Under the pieces are notes generated by a model, which did not search any database, was not told the origin of the DNA, and worked only from the letters and a program-made list of their open reading frames with translations. From the IMG/VR virus record IMGVR_UViG_3300046616_000314, positions 1 through 64,000 of that record: a stretch of DNA of 64,000 nt; one strand, 5' to 3'. Both the position numbers and the translations under genes were made by a program. Below, one piece after another: positions 18,548 to 28,968 of this stretch (positions are counted from its first letter, which is position 1; each line of letters begins with the position of its first letter).

Positions 18548-18783
18548 TAGGCGCCCAGAGCGAGGGCAACTTCCGACAGCTTGATATTGTGGGTCACGGA
18601 AACTTCCATCGACCACAGATCGCCATCGGGACCGTCGAGCACTTCACGAATAAAATTGTCAACCGACAGCCCTTGCTTTATATTGAGGGTCAGGTTGTGC
18701 GCAGGGTACGAGATCGTGTTAGCTTCGGTGTCGATCACCATGGAAGCCGATGCGTTCAAGCTATTGATCAAATTCACGAGCAT
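18547..18783 (-). CDS. hypothetical protein
   Basis: GGGAGA SD, 78 aa. Confidence 0.65.
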   Translation of the reverse strand: MLVNLINSLNASASMVIDTEANTISYPAHNLTLNIKQGLSVDNFIREVLDGPDGDLWSMEVSVTHNIKLSEVALALGA

Positions 18784-18810
18784 AAAATCTCTCCCTGCTA
18801 AAAATCTTTT

Positions 18811-19518
18811 TTGAATATATATGGAATCTCAGTCTTGTCAACACTATTTGTAGAAGATGTTGCACTAAAACTTTGCGAAATGCGATGGAACGGACCCATC
18901 GCGAGTGCATTGGCATCGGATTCGTGGACCTCACAATTCGTAAACAATATCCACTCTCGACTAGTCGATCAGCGGATTTTGTCTACGGCGCAAGCTGCCC
19001 AACTCCTGAAACTTATTACTCGTTTCCAAAACGAGATCGCTATCACGCATAAATTTGATCTGCGGGATATCAAGGATATGTTGGATCGTCCCATATATCG
19101 TCAGGTTCCGTATGAGACTAAGTTCATTCCGAACGAGGTTCGTTATCTTGGTGATAATGTGTTGGGTTTCCGTTTTAAACGAAATGACACGATCATCGAA
19201 GATTTGAAATACATGAAACCAAAGGTCCGAGACCTTTCGTGGAAAGTAGACCAGTTTCCGACGTTCGATAACGAGAATAAGATTTGGAATGTTCCGGTTC
19301 ATCGGGACAATTACGAAACCGTTGTGGATTTTATTTCAAAACACAATTTCGGATTTGACGATGACGTGGCAGAATATTTGACCCTTTGCGCCAACAGCAA
19401 GGGTAAGCCCTCGGGCGTTGCGTATGATCCTGACTCTGAACAATTTATTTTCAACATTTGTGACAACGAAATTTTGTCCGCGTGGATCAAGAATGTTCTG
19501 TATGGAGAAATCCTGTGA
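18811..19518 (+). CDS. hypothetical phage protein
   Basis: Long ORF; start uncertain. Confidence 0.75.
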   Translation: MNIYGISVLSTLFVEDVALKLCEMRWNGPIASALASDSWTSQFVNNIHSRLVDQRILSTAQAAQLLKLITRFQNEIAITHKFDLRDIKDMLDRPIYRQVPYETKFIPNEVRYLGDNVLGFRFKRNDTIIEDLKYMKPKVRDLSWKVDQFPTFDNENKIWNVPVHRDNYETVVDFISKHNFGFDDDVAEYLTLCANSKGKPSGVAYDPDSEQFIFNICDNEILSAWIKNVLYGEIL

Positions 19519-20249
19519 ACCAAGATTTTACCCTCCCCGCCTCGGGTTCCCTGGCGCGCAAGATCGTCAAGCTATCTAAGATCAATGACATTTTTGTCGA
19601 TCCCGACATCATCGAAATGTCGAACAAGGATTTGATCACGGATTTCCCGGCTGACTTGACTGCCGACGAAAAGCGCATGGTTCAAGAACTGGTGGATTAC
19701 AAGTTGCGCGCGGTCACTGCCGAACAGTTCCCTCGGGCGTTCTATCTCATCATGATAGCAGCCAAGATCGTCGGCGTTCCAAGCATCACGGTCATGGGCT
19801 CACAGAACGCCAACGTTGCGATTTCAAACACCAACTTCAAATTGGTTCGCGAGCATGGTGTGAAATTCGTCTCTAAGGATGACATGACACCTGAATTCAT
19901 TGAACAAACCCGCGCTGGTTTGCTCATCATGGATTATGCAGCCCGTGAACAGTGGACCGCCAATCGCTACGCAGAAGATGACCAATTCCATTCGCATCTT
20001 GCCGGGCATAGCAAGGACTACCCCATGACGGTCCTTATGAGCGGCAACAAGTCTGCGGTCTCTGAGCTATTCCCCAATGGCACGGGAACCATCCTGTCGC
20101 GCTCTTACACACATAGACGCGGGCTAGAAACCCGTGGTTTCAAGTCTAGCAAGTCCGAAGACTTGATGTTTTTGTGCAATATGGTTGCTCCGACAGTAGT
20201 TGTCGAAAACGCTGTTGATCTATACGAGCTTTCCGACGAAAACACTTGA
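19515..20249 (+). CDS. hypothetical protein
   Basis: GTGA overlap with the upstream gene. Confidence 0.75.
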   Translation: MNQDFTLPASGSLARKIVKLSKINDIFVDPDIIEMSNKDLITDFPADLTADEKRMVQELVDYKLRAVTAEQFPRAFYLIMIAAKIVGVPSITVMGSQNANVAISNTNFKLVREHGVKFVSKDDMTPEFIEQTRAGLLIMDYAAREQWTANRYAEDDQFHSHLAGHSKDYPMTVLMSGNKSAVSELFPNGTGTILSRSYTHRRGLETRGFKSSKSEDLMFLCNMVAPTVVVENAVDLYELSDENT

Positions 20250-20303
20250 CACTAAGTACATAAGTGATAGATTAGGTTCATAAGCAACGCGGAGAACTTG
20301 ATT

Positions 20304-20513
20304 ATGGTTTTGGTTTCTAAGATTTTCGAGAACAAGATCGCCAAGATGAGCACCGACGAACTGGCTCGCCATGTCGGCAAGCTGGCTGTTCGTAAGGAAG
20401 CCGCCTACATGACCTTCGCGCGCACTCGTGGCATCAAGAACGGCGAGGACTATCGTCGTATCTCGGCGCAATACGGCTACGCCCGCACCAAGCTCCAACT
20501 GGTGAAGAAGTGA
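20304..20513 (+). CDS. small basic protein
   Basis: Preceded by a TTGACA-N16-TAGATT promoter at 20246. Confidence 0.7.
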   Translation: MVLVSKIFENKIAKMSTDELARHVGKLAVRKEAAYMTFARTRGIKNGEDYRRISAQYGYARTKLQLVKK

Positions 20514-20689
20514 GCTTCTTCGTAGACGACGATTCGGACATCCTTGAGGATGCCGAAGAAGCCGGTCGGTTCCATGCCCGGCGCAATCATCCCCTGGACG
20601 AATGCGCTCCGCAAGGCGGGGGCGAATATGACGTGCGCTGGTATCGCGGTTGGGAAGCGGAAAAGGCTCGCCTGCGGAAGTTCAGCTAA
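20510..20689 (+). CDS. 59-aa RMF-like protein
   Basis: Manual translation AEEAGRFHARRNHPLDECAP...RWYRGWEAE; GTGA overlap. Confidence 0.45.
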   Translation: MSFFVDDDSDILEDAEEAGRFHARRNHPLDECAPQGGGEYDVRWYRGWEAEKARLRKFS

Positions 20690-20775
20690 CGAAAATAGTT
20701 AATTTAAATATTGTAATTGAGCCGTTAACCACGTTAATGTGAGGGATAAATATTTCTCACATTAACGTATTTTAA

Positions 20776-22230
20776 ATGGCATCTTGTAAATTAACCATAC
20801 TAGACGAAGTAAACGTAAAATTCCACGACCTTGATCCACTAACCCGTCGAAAGATCGTAGACGCTTGTAAGTTCTTTGTTCCCTACGCCCGCCACATGCC
20901 AGCATTCAAGCTGGGTCGGTGGGATGGCAAGATTTCATTTGCCACAGTCGGTGGCTCGACTCACCTTCAAATTCTTGATCGGGTTCTACCGATTGTTCTT
21001 GAAGCTGGTTATGAACCAGAGATCGAAGACCTTCGTAAGCCGATCAACGTCAAGTTCCCTGAGATTACTGAGTCTCTTCTTGCGCACAAGAAGTGGCCCG
21101 AAGGGCACCCTGCGGCTGGTCAACCGATTATGCTTCGGGACTATCAAGTCCAAGCGATCAAGAACTATACCGACAACATCCAATCCCTTCAGCAATTGAG
21201 CACGGGCGCCGGTAAGACGATTGTCACGGCTGCGCTGTCCATGCTGGTTGAGGAACAAGGGCGTTCCATCGTCATCGTTCCGTCGAAGACCCTGGTTGAG
21301 CAAACCGAAGAAGATTACAAAAACGTTGGCTTGGATGTCGGTGTGTTCTTCGGTGATCGTAAGGAATGGAATCACAAGCACACCATCTGCACGTGGCAGA
21401 GCCTTTCGGTTTTCGCTAAGAAGACCCGCCGTGGTGAGACGGCGGAAGACGTGTCCATTCATGATTTCTTGAAGGATGTCGTCTGCGTCATGGTGGACGA
21501 ATGCCACACCATTAAAGGTCAAGAGCTACGCGACCTGTTGTGCGGCGACTTCGCGAACATCCCGATTCGTTGGGGTCTAACAGGTACGATCCCGAAGGAA
21601 GAATTTGAATTCCTGAATCTGCTAGTTTCAATCGGTCCAGTGGTCGGCGAAGTCAAGGCGAAGGATTTGCAGGATCAAGGCGTTCTATCGGAATGTCAGA
21701 TTGAAATCATTCAGACCGACGATAGTGATGTCAGCTTCCGTTCGTATCAAGACGAATACAAGTTCCTCGTTTCAAATCCGAGACGTTTGGATTGGGTGTC
21801 TGCCTTCGCGGCTGGTCTGGACGGTAACACACTGATCCTCGTGGATCGGATCGAAACCGGTCAGCACATTCAAGACGCCATCGAAGATTGTGTGTTCATC
21901 AACGGCACGGTTAAGTCAGAAGAACGTAAGAGAGAATTCAAGTCGCTAGGTGCGTCGCATGGTACGATCATGGTGGCGACCTACGGTACGATGTCTACGG
22001 GCGTCAACATTCCGAAGATTCATAATCTGATTTTGATCGAATGCGGTAAGAGCCCCATTCGGACAATTCAGTCGGTGGGTCGTATCTTGCGTAAGGCTCC
22101 TGGCAAGAGCATGGCTTATGTTTATGACGTTTGCTCTAACCTGAAGTATTCGAAGAAGCATTTGACTGAGCGTAAGAAGTCTTATGCTGATGCTCAATAT
22201 CCTTTTACTATCAATAAAGTAAAATATTAA
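20776..22230 (+). CDS. uvsW: UvsW-like superfamily 2 DNA helicase
   Basis: LRDYQ, STGAGKT, DECH, GLTGT and QSVGRILR motifs; N-terminal WDGKI. Confidence 0.9.
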   Translation: MASCKLTILDEVNVKFHDLDPLTRRKIVDACKFFVPYARHMPAFKLGRWDGKISFATVGGSTHLQILDRVLPIVLEAGYEPEIEDLRKPINVKFPEITESLLAHKKWPEGHPAAGQPIMLRDYQVQAIKNYTDNIQSLQQLSTGAGKTIVTAALSMLVEEQGRSIVIVPSKTLVEQTEEDYKNVGLDVGVFFGDRKEWNHKHTICTWQSLSVFAKKTRRGETAEDVSIHDFLKDVVCVMVDECHTIKGQELRDLLCGDFANIPIRWGLTGTIPKEEFEFLNLLVSIGPVVGEVKAKDLQDQGVLSECQIEIIQTDDSDVSFRSYQDEYKFLVSNPRRLDWVSAFAAGLDGNTLILVDRIETGQHIQDAIEDCVFINGTVKSEERKREFKSLGASHGTIMVATYGTMSTGVNIPKIHNLILIECGKSPIRTIQSVGRILRKAPGKSMAYVYDVCSNLKYSKKHLTERKKSYADAQYPFTINKVKY

Positions 22231-22327
22231 TTGCAATACTCCCTAAGTATTTGATATTATAAGCTTAGAAAAAAGCGACAGGTAATGTCGCGGGAGTAGT
22301 AAGATTCGTATTTTAACTAACGAAAAT

Positions 22328-22807
22328 TTGTCATTGAATATGACAAATATTCCTCAACAAATTGATGATGTTCGATATTGCGTTCTAGATTATAGCAATA
22401 GTGCTGACGTAGATTTCTGGTTTCCTCCGCTGATTTTCATTGACGAGTACACCCGACCTTCTGCCGATTTGCAAATTGGTCCGTTTCGTGTACAAATCCC
22501 GATGGATTGGTCTATCGTGATTGCTGACAAGGATTTGGGCAACCTAGAAATTATCGAACTTAAGAAACTGAATGACCGGGAATTCGAGGCGTTCGTTCTC
22601 AATCCGATCAACGGTTACGCCCCTCGGTTCTTGGACATTTCAATCCAGAACACCTTCCCAGATGTTGCGTGGTCAACACCAAAGCTCAAGCGTGGTCATA
22701 TCCTGGCTGTTCCCTTGAACGATGACCCGCAACCCTTGTGTGCGTATTTCGTAAAAGAAACCAACAAGTTACCCGAAGTGCTTGATATTTCAAAGGTGTT
22801 TGCATGA
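22328..22807 (+). CDS. hypothetical protein
   Basis: 159 aa ORF following uvsW. Confidence 0.75.
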   Translation: MSLNMTNIPQQIDDVRYCVLDYSNSADVDFWFPPLIFIDEYTRPSADLQIGPFRVQIPMDWSIVIADKDLGNLEIIELKKLNDREFEAFVLNPINGYAPRFLDISIQNTFPDVAWSTPKLKRGHILAVPLNDDPQPLCAYFVKETNKLPEVLDISKVFA

Positions 22808-22892
22808 TTGAAGAACCCGATTTGGAACCAGAGAGTCAGCCGGAAGCCCCGGAAGACACAGATGATGAAGAACATATTGTACGTGGTGAAGA

Positions 22893-23519
22893 TTGATGAG
22901 TAATAGACAACAAGTAGAACAAAAGCTTCAGAAGTATCTCGCGGCTCTAGGTCGCGGTGATATGAAGTCCTCGGGTCGTTTGGTCGCCGAAATGGTTCAT
23001 GACCTTCTGGCGATGATCGCTCCGGTCAATGGCATCGATCATGCGCTGTTTCCCGAAGAAGAAACCGCGAAACCCGAAGTCGTGGAATCGTTAAAGGACG
23101 CCACTGATTTTTATCGTGGCACGGCTTTCGATCCTGCTGAATTTTATGGCGATAAGACCCCGCCGAATGCAGTACCGCCATGCAAGCCCTGCGATCCTAC
23201 CAACGATAAGGGCATCTTCCGTGATCGCGTAAATGATCCGGTCGTTGCGGCTCTGTTGGATGAAACGATTGGTGATACCGCTACGGGTTTCACAACGGTT
23301 CGACGCCCGGCAAGCATGAAGGTCATCAAGCGTACGAAGCTTGAAGAAACTATTGAAAAGCCGAAGGGGAAGCCCGGTCGTAAGCCGAAGGATTTGACCG
23401 CCCGTGGTGGGTTGTCAAAGCAAGGCGTCAACGATGCGGTGAGTAAGATCAAAGAGCGTCCCGCGCCACCGGCTCCCCTGAAGCCGAGAGCTAAGCCCGG
23501 TCGCAAGCCCAAAGCGTAA
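22893..23519 (+). CDS. hypothetical protein with basic tail (two KPGRKPK AT-hook-like motifs)
   Basis: KPGRKPK occurs twice. Confidence 0.7.
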   Translation: MMSNRQQVEQKLQKYLAALGRGDMKSSGRLVAEMVHDLLAMIAPVNGIDHALFPEEETAKPEVVESLKDATDFYRGTAFDPAEFYGDKTPPNAVPPCKPCDPTNDKGIFRDRVNDPVVAALLDETIGDTATGFTTVRRPASMKVIKRTKLEETIEKPKGKPGRKPKDLTARGGLSKQGVNDAVSKIKERPAPPAPLKPRAKPGRKPKA

Positions 23520-23522
23520 AAT

Positions 23523-23563
23523 CTAAGCCCCGTAAGCAAACAAAACACGCTTACGGGGCTTAG
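23523..23563. terminator. perfect 15-bp inverted repeat (terminator or processing hairpin)
   Basis: CTAAGCCCCGTAAGC-N11-GCTTACGGGGCTTAG just after the stop codon. Confidence 0.7.
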
Positions 23564-23661
23564 GAGCAAACCTTAGTGGGGAGACACTACAGGAAAATTT
23601 TGACTCTCTGTCTACCTGTATTTATAATGGTCTCCATACTATAGACATTTAAGAGCGTATT

Positions 23662-24180
23662 GTGGCTGATTACAAGCTAGACATTTTCGAAACCCTACGG
23701 GCAATCGACAATCGGAATAAAGACTTCTATTCCAACCTGAGTGAAGATGAACAAAAGGGTTTCGCGCCCCCTGTCGTCCTACGATGGGCAAGTTCAACCA
23801 CCAATGAGACGGCGGAATTTTATCTGTCTGTCGTCAACGAGCGGGCGAATATCAATTTCTGGGATATCGCCGGGCACCCTGAACTTCAGTATAAATTACT
23901 AGCAGCCTCCGGTTATGGACGCCGCCAAGGACATCAGTGGATTCCTAATCCGGGTGCTAAACGCAAGTCGGACAAGGTTCGCTCATTCCTGGCAGAGTTT
24001 TGGACGGATGCGAATGATATGGAATTGGACCTGATTTTAGGGCAATATACATATGATACATTTGTTGAATTTGTTGAGTCTAGCGGGTGTACGCCGCAAC
24101 GTGAAAAAGAGATTTTAGAAGCATATGGCAAGCTCGTCGGAAAACCCAAAGGCAAAAGCAAAGGCAAAGCCAAAAAGTAA
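23662..24180 (+). CDS. clamp-loader small subunit (T4 gp62-like)
   Basis: FETLRAID...PVVLRWAS...HPELQYKLL...GRRQGHQWI pattern and size. Confidence 0.55.
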   Translation: MADYKLDIFETLRAIDNRNKDFYSNLSEDEQKGFAPPVVLRWASSTTNETAEFYLSVVNERANINFWDIAGHPELQYKLLAASGYGRRQGHQWIPNPGAKRKSDKVRSFLAEFWTDANDMELDLILGQYTYDTFVEFVESSGCTPQREKEILEAYGKLVGKPKGKSKGKAKK

Positions 24181-24865
24181 GCCTCAGTTCAAATGTGACT
24201 TTTGCGAAAAGAGTTACGTTCAAGAGGCGATCTTTCTGACCCATACCTGTACGCAGAAATTGCGCTACATGGATAAGGATAGCAAAGCTTCGCGATTTGG
24301 TCTGATGACCTTCAAGAAATTCTATGCGTCGAACTATATTCAACGCGAAGAGAAGAATATTTTCGAGTTTGTTAAAAGCAGTTATTACAACGATTTTCTC
24401 AACTTCGGTAAATATCTCTGCGATATCAACGCCGTGAACCCACAAGCTTTTGTCGATCACGTCGTCAAAAGCGGATTGGGCATTAAGAAATGGACTTCAC
24501 CGGCACTCTACGAAACCTATGTTCGGGACTTGAACAAGCGGGAATCGATGGATGCGGCGGTGGAGCGCAACGTTTACTTGATGATGCAATGGGCTGATGA
24601 GAATGGTGAGGAAATGACTGATTTCTTTAAGAAAGTCAGCACCAACCAAGCTGTTCTCTGGATTCGCGCAGGGCGTATCAGCCCGTGGGTTCTTTACACA
24701 ACCCCGGCTGCTGCTGATCTGGTCACTCGGTTCTCTGAAGAACAATTGGACTTGATCAAAGGATACGTTGACCAAGGGTTCTGGCGTCTCAAGTTCGCCC
24801 GAAACCAACAAGACTATAACGTAGCCAAGAATGTGATGGCTGGATTGGGATTTAGGGATGAATGA
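24125..24865 (+). CDS. Zn-finger-containing phage protein
   Basis: FKCDFCEKSY...THTC. Confidence 0.75.
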   Translation: MASSSENPKAKAKAKPKSKPQFKCDFCEKSYVQEAIFLTHTCTQKLRYMDKDSKASRFGLMTFKKFYASNYIQREEKNIFEFVKSSYYNDFLNFGKYLCDINAVNPQAFVDHVVKSGLGIKKWTSPALYETYVRDLNKRESMDAAVERNVYLMMQWADENGEEMTDFFKKVSTNQAVLWIRAGRISPWVLYTTPAAADLVTRFSEEQLDLIKGYVDQGFWRLKFARNQQDYNVAKNVMAGLGFRDE

Positions 24866-25187
24866 TTTTGTTAGTGCGATGTACGCGCACGATGAGGAAG
24901 AGGAAGATTTCAACGAGGACGAGACTTTGGCACCGGTATTGAACCGCAAGCCAGAGCTTGAAATGCGTCAAAAGACTGCGGTGATCCCGGTCGGTGACAA
25001 GCAAGTTGAAGTGCCAAATTTGGCTTATGTTCGCACGCTGGAAATTCAGAACAGTGAGCAAGCCAGAGATATTAAGCGTCTAGAAACACAACTAACTGCT
25101 ATTCGGATCACGCTACGCAACTTGGTCAAGACTGTTGAAAATCAAGGGCGCGAACTAGATAATAAGATGAACATGAGAGACCTATGA
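24858..25187 (+). CDS. coiled-coil hypothetical protein
   Basis: Heptad pattern in the C-terminus. Confidence 0.7.
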   Translation: MNDFVSAMYAHDEEEEDFNEDETLAPVLNRKPELEMRQKTAVIPVGDKQVEVPNLAYVRTLEIQNSEQARDIKRLETQLTAIRITLRNLVKTVENQGRELDNKMNMRDL

Positions 25188-25642
25188 CATCAACTGTTGT
25201 TGTAAATGATTTTGCTTCTGATCGTCAGTTCACATTAATTTTCAACGATACGGACTTCACCCGCGCCAACGAGTTTTGGGATCAAGAAGACAAGTTACTA
25301 AACGATCTTCAATCCGAGCCGTATTTCAAGGGTAAGCTGAAATGGAGCGATCTCGATCCGACCCATTTCCAATTGATGCTCTTGCGTGTGCTGACCAAGG
25401 TCAACAAGCTTCAACCCGATGAACGGGGTGATCTAGATCATCCGGTTATGATGGGTTTGACCTTTCTGCTGACATCTTTGATTAAATGTTTGGAAATGCG
25501 AACGGGCTGTCAAGTCGAACTGCTGAAACTGCAACGACTGTCGGATACTGACATTTTGTATGATTTTGCTGCTAGCTTGAATATGCGTCTGGATAACCCT
25601 TCGGCTCCAACCGGTATTCGGGTTATTGTTGATAACACTTAA
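25184..25642 (+). CDS. hypothetical protein
   Basis: Coupled ORF. Confidence 0.7.
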   Translation: MTSTVVVNDFASDRQFTLIFNDTDFTRANEFWDQEDKLLNDLQSEPYFKGKLKWSDLDPTHFQLMLLRVLTKVNKLQPDERGDLDHPVMMGLTFLLTSLIKCLEMRTGCQVELLKLQRLSDTDILYDFAASLNMRLDNPSAPTGIRVIVDNT

Positions 25643-26100
25643 TGTTCTCGGTAGCCTTTGATCACTATAAAATGCCAGCTACCATGGATTTTCTTCTCAA
25701 ATGGAATGAAGTCTATTGGGGTGAAATCGGCGAGCATTGGGATTATTTCATTGATGAAAAACAAAGTTCATACAGTCCTTTAACGTTTACGGTCTATTCG
25801 CAGCGCGCAGTTTTCCAATTCGATACCCAACGAAAAGCGGAAATTTTCGAGAAAAATTTTGGTTCTCGGCATCCGATTATGCCATACTCGGTGTATGAGG
25901 TTTTCGTAAACCCGGCTCAACGTGCTCGCCTGAACAATCGCTGGCTTGCCAAAAAGTGGCATCCCCAATCGGTGATGCTGGCATGTGTCGATGGAGAATA
26001 CCTCGATAAGATATCGGTAAAGGCATTCGACAGAGTATTAAATGTCGTGTTTCTAAGTACCGAAGAAGACGCCTATTATTTGAAGATGTTACATGGTTGA
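25642..26100 (+). CDS. tandem two-domain FKLKW-family protein
   Basis: Internal FQFDTQRKAEIFEKNFG and terminal FLSTEEDAYYLKMLHG. Confidence 0.65.
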   Translation: MFSVAFDHYKMPATMDFLLKWNEVYWGEIGEHWDYFIDEKQSSYSPLTFTVYSQRAVFQFDTQRKAEIFEKNFGSRHPIMPYSVYEVFVNPAQRARLNNRWLAKKWHPQSVMLACVDGEYLDKISVKAFDRVLNVVFLSTEEDAYYLKMLHG

Positions 26101-26698
26101 CGTTACCACAGATATTGATATCGACTTTCTAGATCGTGAGAAAGCCCTAGAGGGTCTTTCTTACGTATCTGGAACCATCGAACAGCGCGGACATCGGGTC
26201 AAGCACGCCTCGGGTGTGTACTTCCAAGATATCCCAGTTGACCCGATCTCCAAGACGGCTGCTTACCTCTACGAGGAAGCCGAGAGCCTTGGATATTTCA
26301 AGATAGATTTTCTGAACAACAGCATTTACGCGGGCGTTCGGGATGAAGACCATCTTGAACAATTGATGCGTGAGCCGCCGTGGGAGTTATTCGAAAGTCC
26401 CGAAATCGTTTCGATGCTGTCGCAGATTCATAGCAGCTTCAACATCGTCAACACCATCAAGCCCAAGAGCTTCATGGACTTGGCTGTCATCCTGGCATTG
26501 ATCCGCCCTGGTAAACGTCATCTGTTGAGCCATCCGCGTCACGAGATTGACGCGGACATTTGGACCAAGGGTTCGGATGAATATTTCTTCAAAAAATCAC
26601 ACGCCGTCGCGTTCGCCGTATCCATCGGTGTCCAGCTTAATTTAATCATTGAACAAACCGGTCAAGATGTTGACGCGGAGAATATGCTATATGGGTAA
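26093..26698 (+). CDS. miniature DNA polymerase III alpha (DnaE)-like protein
   Basis: TDIDIDF, KHASGV, GYFKIDFL, ALIRPG and FKKSHAVAFA motifs within 201 aa. Confidence 0.85.
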   Translation: MVDVTTDIDIDFLDREKALEGLSYVSGTIEQRGHRVKHASGVYFQDIPVDPISKTAAYLYEEAESLGYFKIDFLNNSIYAGVRDEDHLEQLMREPPWELFESPEIVSMLSQIHSSFNIVNTIKPKSFMDLAVILALIRPGKRHLLSHPRHEIDADIWTKGSDEYFFKKSHAVAFAVSIGVQLNLIIEQTGQDVDAENMLYG

Positions 26699-27320
26699 GC
26701 TAGTTTTCGTAGATAAAGCGCATAGTATTTCCTATATGGAAGATACTAACATGGTGCAAACTGTACCCGTTATGTATCGCAACGTGATTGAACCTCGCCC
26801 CGGAGCGGAAGTGGTGATTCCGAAACTGCAACGCATGTGGCAAGTCGTTGACACCATGCAAACTGTTCACTCCTGGCATCGGATCGGAGCCACGGGAGCC
26901 ATGTCGGCGAATCGGCGCCCGTTGCAAGCCTACCATACGTCGGTCGCGGCATTGAGTACGGTTTTTTGGGACAACTACGAAGCCGAAAAGTTCATTGAAA
27001 TTTCGTGCTCTGATACCGTTTACATTCAAGAAAATGGACATGACCACGGGCGAACAAACCAACCATTGACGATGTATTGTTCGGCACACGATTATTCCAT
27101 CATCGAAAAGCGTTGCCAGATCATGAAGGGATACTCGATATTCTTCAATGACAAGGTTCTTAAGGAAGATAAGGTTGCGGAATGGTGTGCTGCGACCTTG
27201 ACTGGGCGATACGATATTATCGATATGGGCTACAACATGAACCGATTATTCGTTGATAGCGACGAAGATACGGTTCATTGTAAGTTGAAATGGGAAAATC
27301 GTCCCGAAGCTGTTGCTTGA
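26691..27320 (+). CDS. long FKLKW-family protein
   Basis: VAEWC...GRY; FVDSDEDTVHCKLKWE. Confidence 0.8.
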   Translation: MGKLVFVDKAHSISYMEDTNMVQTVPVMYRNVIEPRPGAEVVIPKLQRMWQVVDTMQTVHSWHRIGATGAMSANRRPLQAYHTSVAALSTVFWDNYEAEKFIEISCSDTVYIQENGHDHGRTNQPLTMYCSAHDYSIIEKRCQIMKGYSIFFNDKVLKEDKVAEWCAATLTGRYDIIDMGYNMNRLFVDSDEDTVHCKLKWENRPEAVA

Positions 27321-27370
27321 CAATACTATAAAGTGTGTTATGCTGATCAAGAATTGTTTTGGAGATTTTC

Positions 27371-27934
27371 ATGACGCTTGCGCTGACAACTCTTTCGTAT
27401 AAGTACGAAATGCCGTTCGACGTATTTCAGCGCGTCCTCCGCGAGGAAGTGAATGGAGATCGCAACGTGAAGCTGGCTGACAAGCTTTACGCTATCGAAG
27501 GTGTGTGCGGCGTGGAATTCAATCACGCCACCATGCCCAACGTTTGTTTCTCGGTCAGCGAGCAAGATGACGTTCTGCTGAAGACCATTACCGAAATCAT
27601 CAATCGTCACGTTATCGAAGAACCCAAGGGCGAGAGCTTCGATGCGCTGCTGAAGCGCGCCGGGATGAACGAATATACCGGCACCACCGGCATCACCCGT
27701 TCCACCGACAGCACGTATCGGATCGGCGTTGGTCGTTCGCTTTCGAGCGATTGGAGCGACACCGTTGGAGTCTCGTTCATGGATGAACAAAACCCCAACC
27801 AAGGTTGGCGATACGCGCATTTCTCGCCTGCGCGTGCGCGCGTGATCGCTCACCATTTGATCGCTGCGGCTGAACGCCTGGAACAGAGTGATCCGGGTAT
27901 GCGGTGTATCGATAATGGCGGCGATCCAGCATGA
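27371..27934 (+). CDS. hypothetical protein
   Basis: TTGACA-N16-TATGCT promoter at 27317; GGAGA SD. Confidence 0.75.
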   Translation: MTLALTTLSYKYEMPFDVFQRVLREEVNGDRNVKLADKLYAIEGVCGVEFNHATMPNVCFSVSEQDDVLLKTITEIINRHVIEEPKGESFDALLKRAGMNEYTGTTGITRSTDSTYRIGVGRSLSSDWSDTVGVSFMDEQNPNQGWRYAHFSPARARVIAHHLIAAAERLEQSDPGMRCIDNGGDPA

Positions 27935-28107
27935 GAAAATTTATCGCAAATGTCGTTGGTCTGTGTGCCCTGGCTTGCGTGGGAACCCTGGACTATTTTT
28001 GGTTCAAGCAAGTCGGCGCCGAAGGGCTCGTTAATATCGCCATCGTGACCGCCTTGGCTCTTATGGTGATTTGGAACGTCGTCAGTGACCACAAAAAACA
28101 AGTATAG
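27931..28107 (+). CDS. 58-aa two-TM peptide
   Basis: MRKFIANVVGLCALACVG... (manual translation); ATGA overlap. Confidence 0.55.
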   Translation: MRKFIANVVGLCALACVGTLDYFWFKQVGAEGLVNIAIVTALALMVIWNVVSDHKKQV

Positions 28108-28453
28108 GTTCATCAATCTCTTGGATATTACCAAGCGTAGTGGTGAAATTCACTACACCACGTTCAAGATGATTCCGAACGCTTACCGTTTCAAGTCGAA
28201 CGGGACAAGCGCGGAAATCAATGAACGTATGATCGCCATGGCGGCGTACTGTCGCAAGTTTGAATGCCGATGGGCTTTCTCTCGCGAACAGGAAGAAGGC
28301 AGCACATATACGTTTGCACATATCCGTATGGCGTTGGCTCGTAAGGCTGGCGTCCCGTATGTGCCGCCAAAGACTGATTGGCTATTCTTCGCTTTCGACA
28401 ACGAAGATTATGCCGCGCAATTCAAGCTGCGATTCAGTGATTGGCTTGAATAA
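28085..28453 (+). CDS. FKLKW-family protein
   Basis: AAYC...RW; FDNEDYAAQFKLRFS. Confidence 0.8.
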   Translation: MTTKNKYRFINLLDITKRSGEIHYTTFKMIPNAYRFKSNGTSAEINERMIAMAAYCRKFECRWAFSREQEEGSTYTFAHIRMALARKAGVPYVPPKTDWLFFAFDNEDYAAQFKLRFSDWLE

Positions 28454-28738
28454 TTACTGAACGTATTTCGACAGTTTGAACATCATAGCATTGTCTTCAC
28501 CGACAACAACGATGCCGCGATCAACTTCCTCGCCAAGATCATATCGGCTACCGCTCTTAACGAGCCAACGATTGCCGCCGTAGTACCAATCGTTGCCGCA
28601 AAGATTTTCGAGGAATTCTTCGTGCGGATATACTGTACTGCAATCCCACCGATAGTCTCGGACCCACGACGTATCCATCAAAAAGATGAAGCGTTCACCT
28701 TCTTGCTTATGGAATACGATCTGTTTGGGAGACGCCAT
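28454..28738 (-). CDS. FKLKW-family protein
   Basis: FLENLCGNDW; GEDNAMMFKLSKY. Confidence 0.7.
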   Translation of the reverse strand: MASPKQIVFHKQEGERFIFLMDTSWVRDYRWDCSTVYPHEEFLENLCGNDWYYGGNRWLVKSGSRYDLGEEVDRGIVVVGEDNAMMFKLSKYVQ

Positions 28739-28968
28739 GGGATATCCTTTCAATCAATACTGAAGAATACCACATTTATGCTTGATGTCAAATCTGAACG
28801 AAATTTCATCAAACACGGTTAAAAAATGTACGACGAGATTATTGACATCGGTATAGGGACACCCTATATATACATCATCAGGGAATGAGTGGTGTTCCCG
28901 TTAGTAAATTCTAAGAAGTCATTTGACGCACTACTTTTTGTGTAAAAATAAGAAAGTTACCTCCCTAA

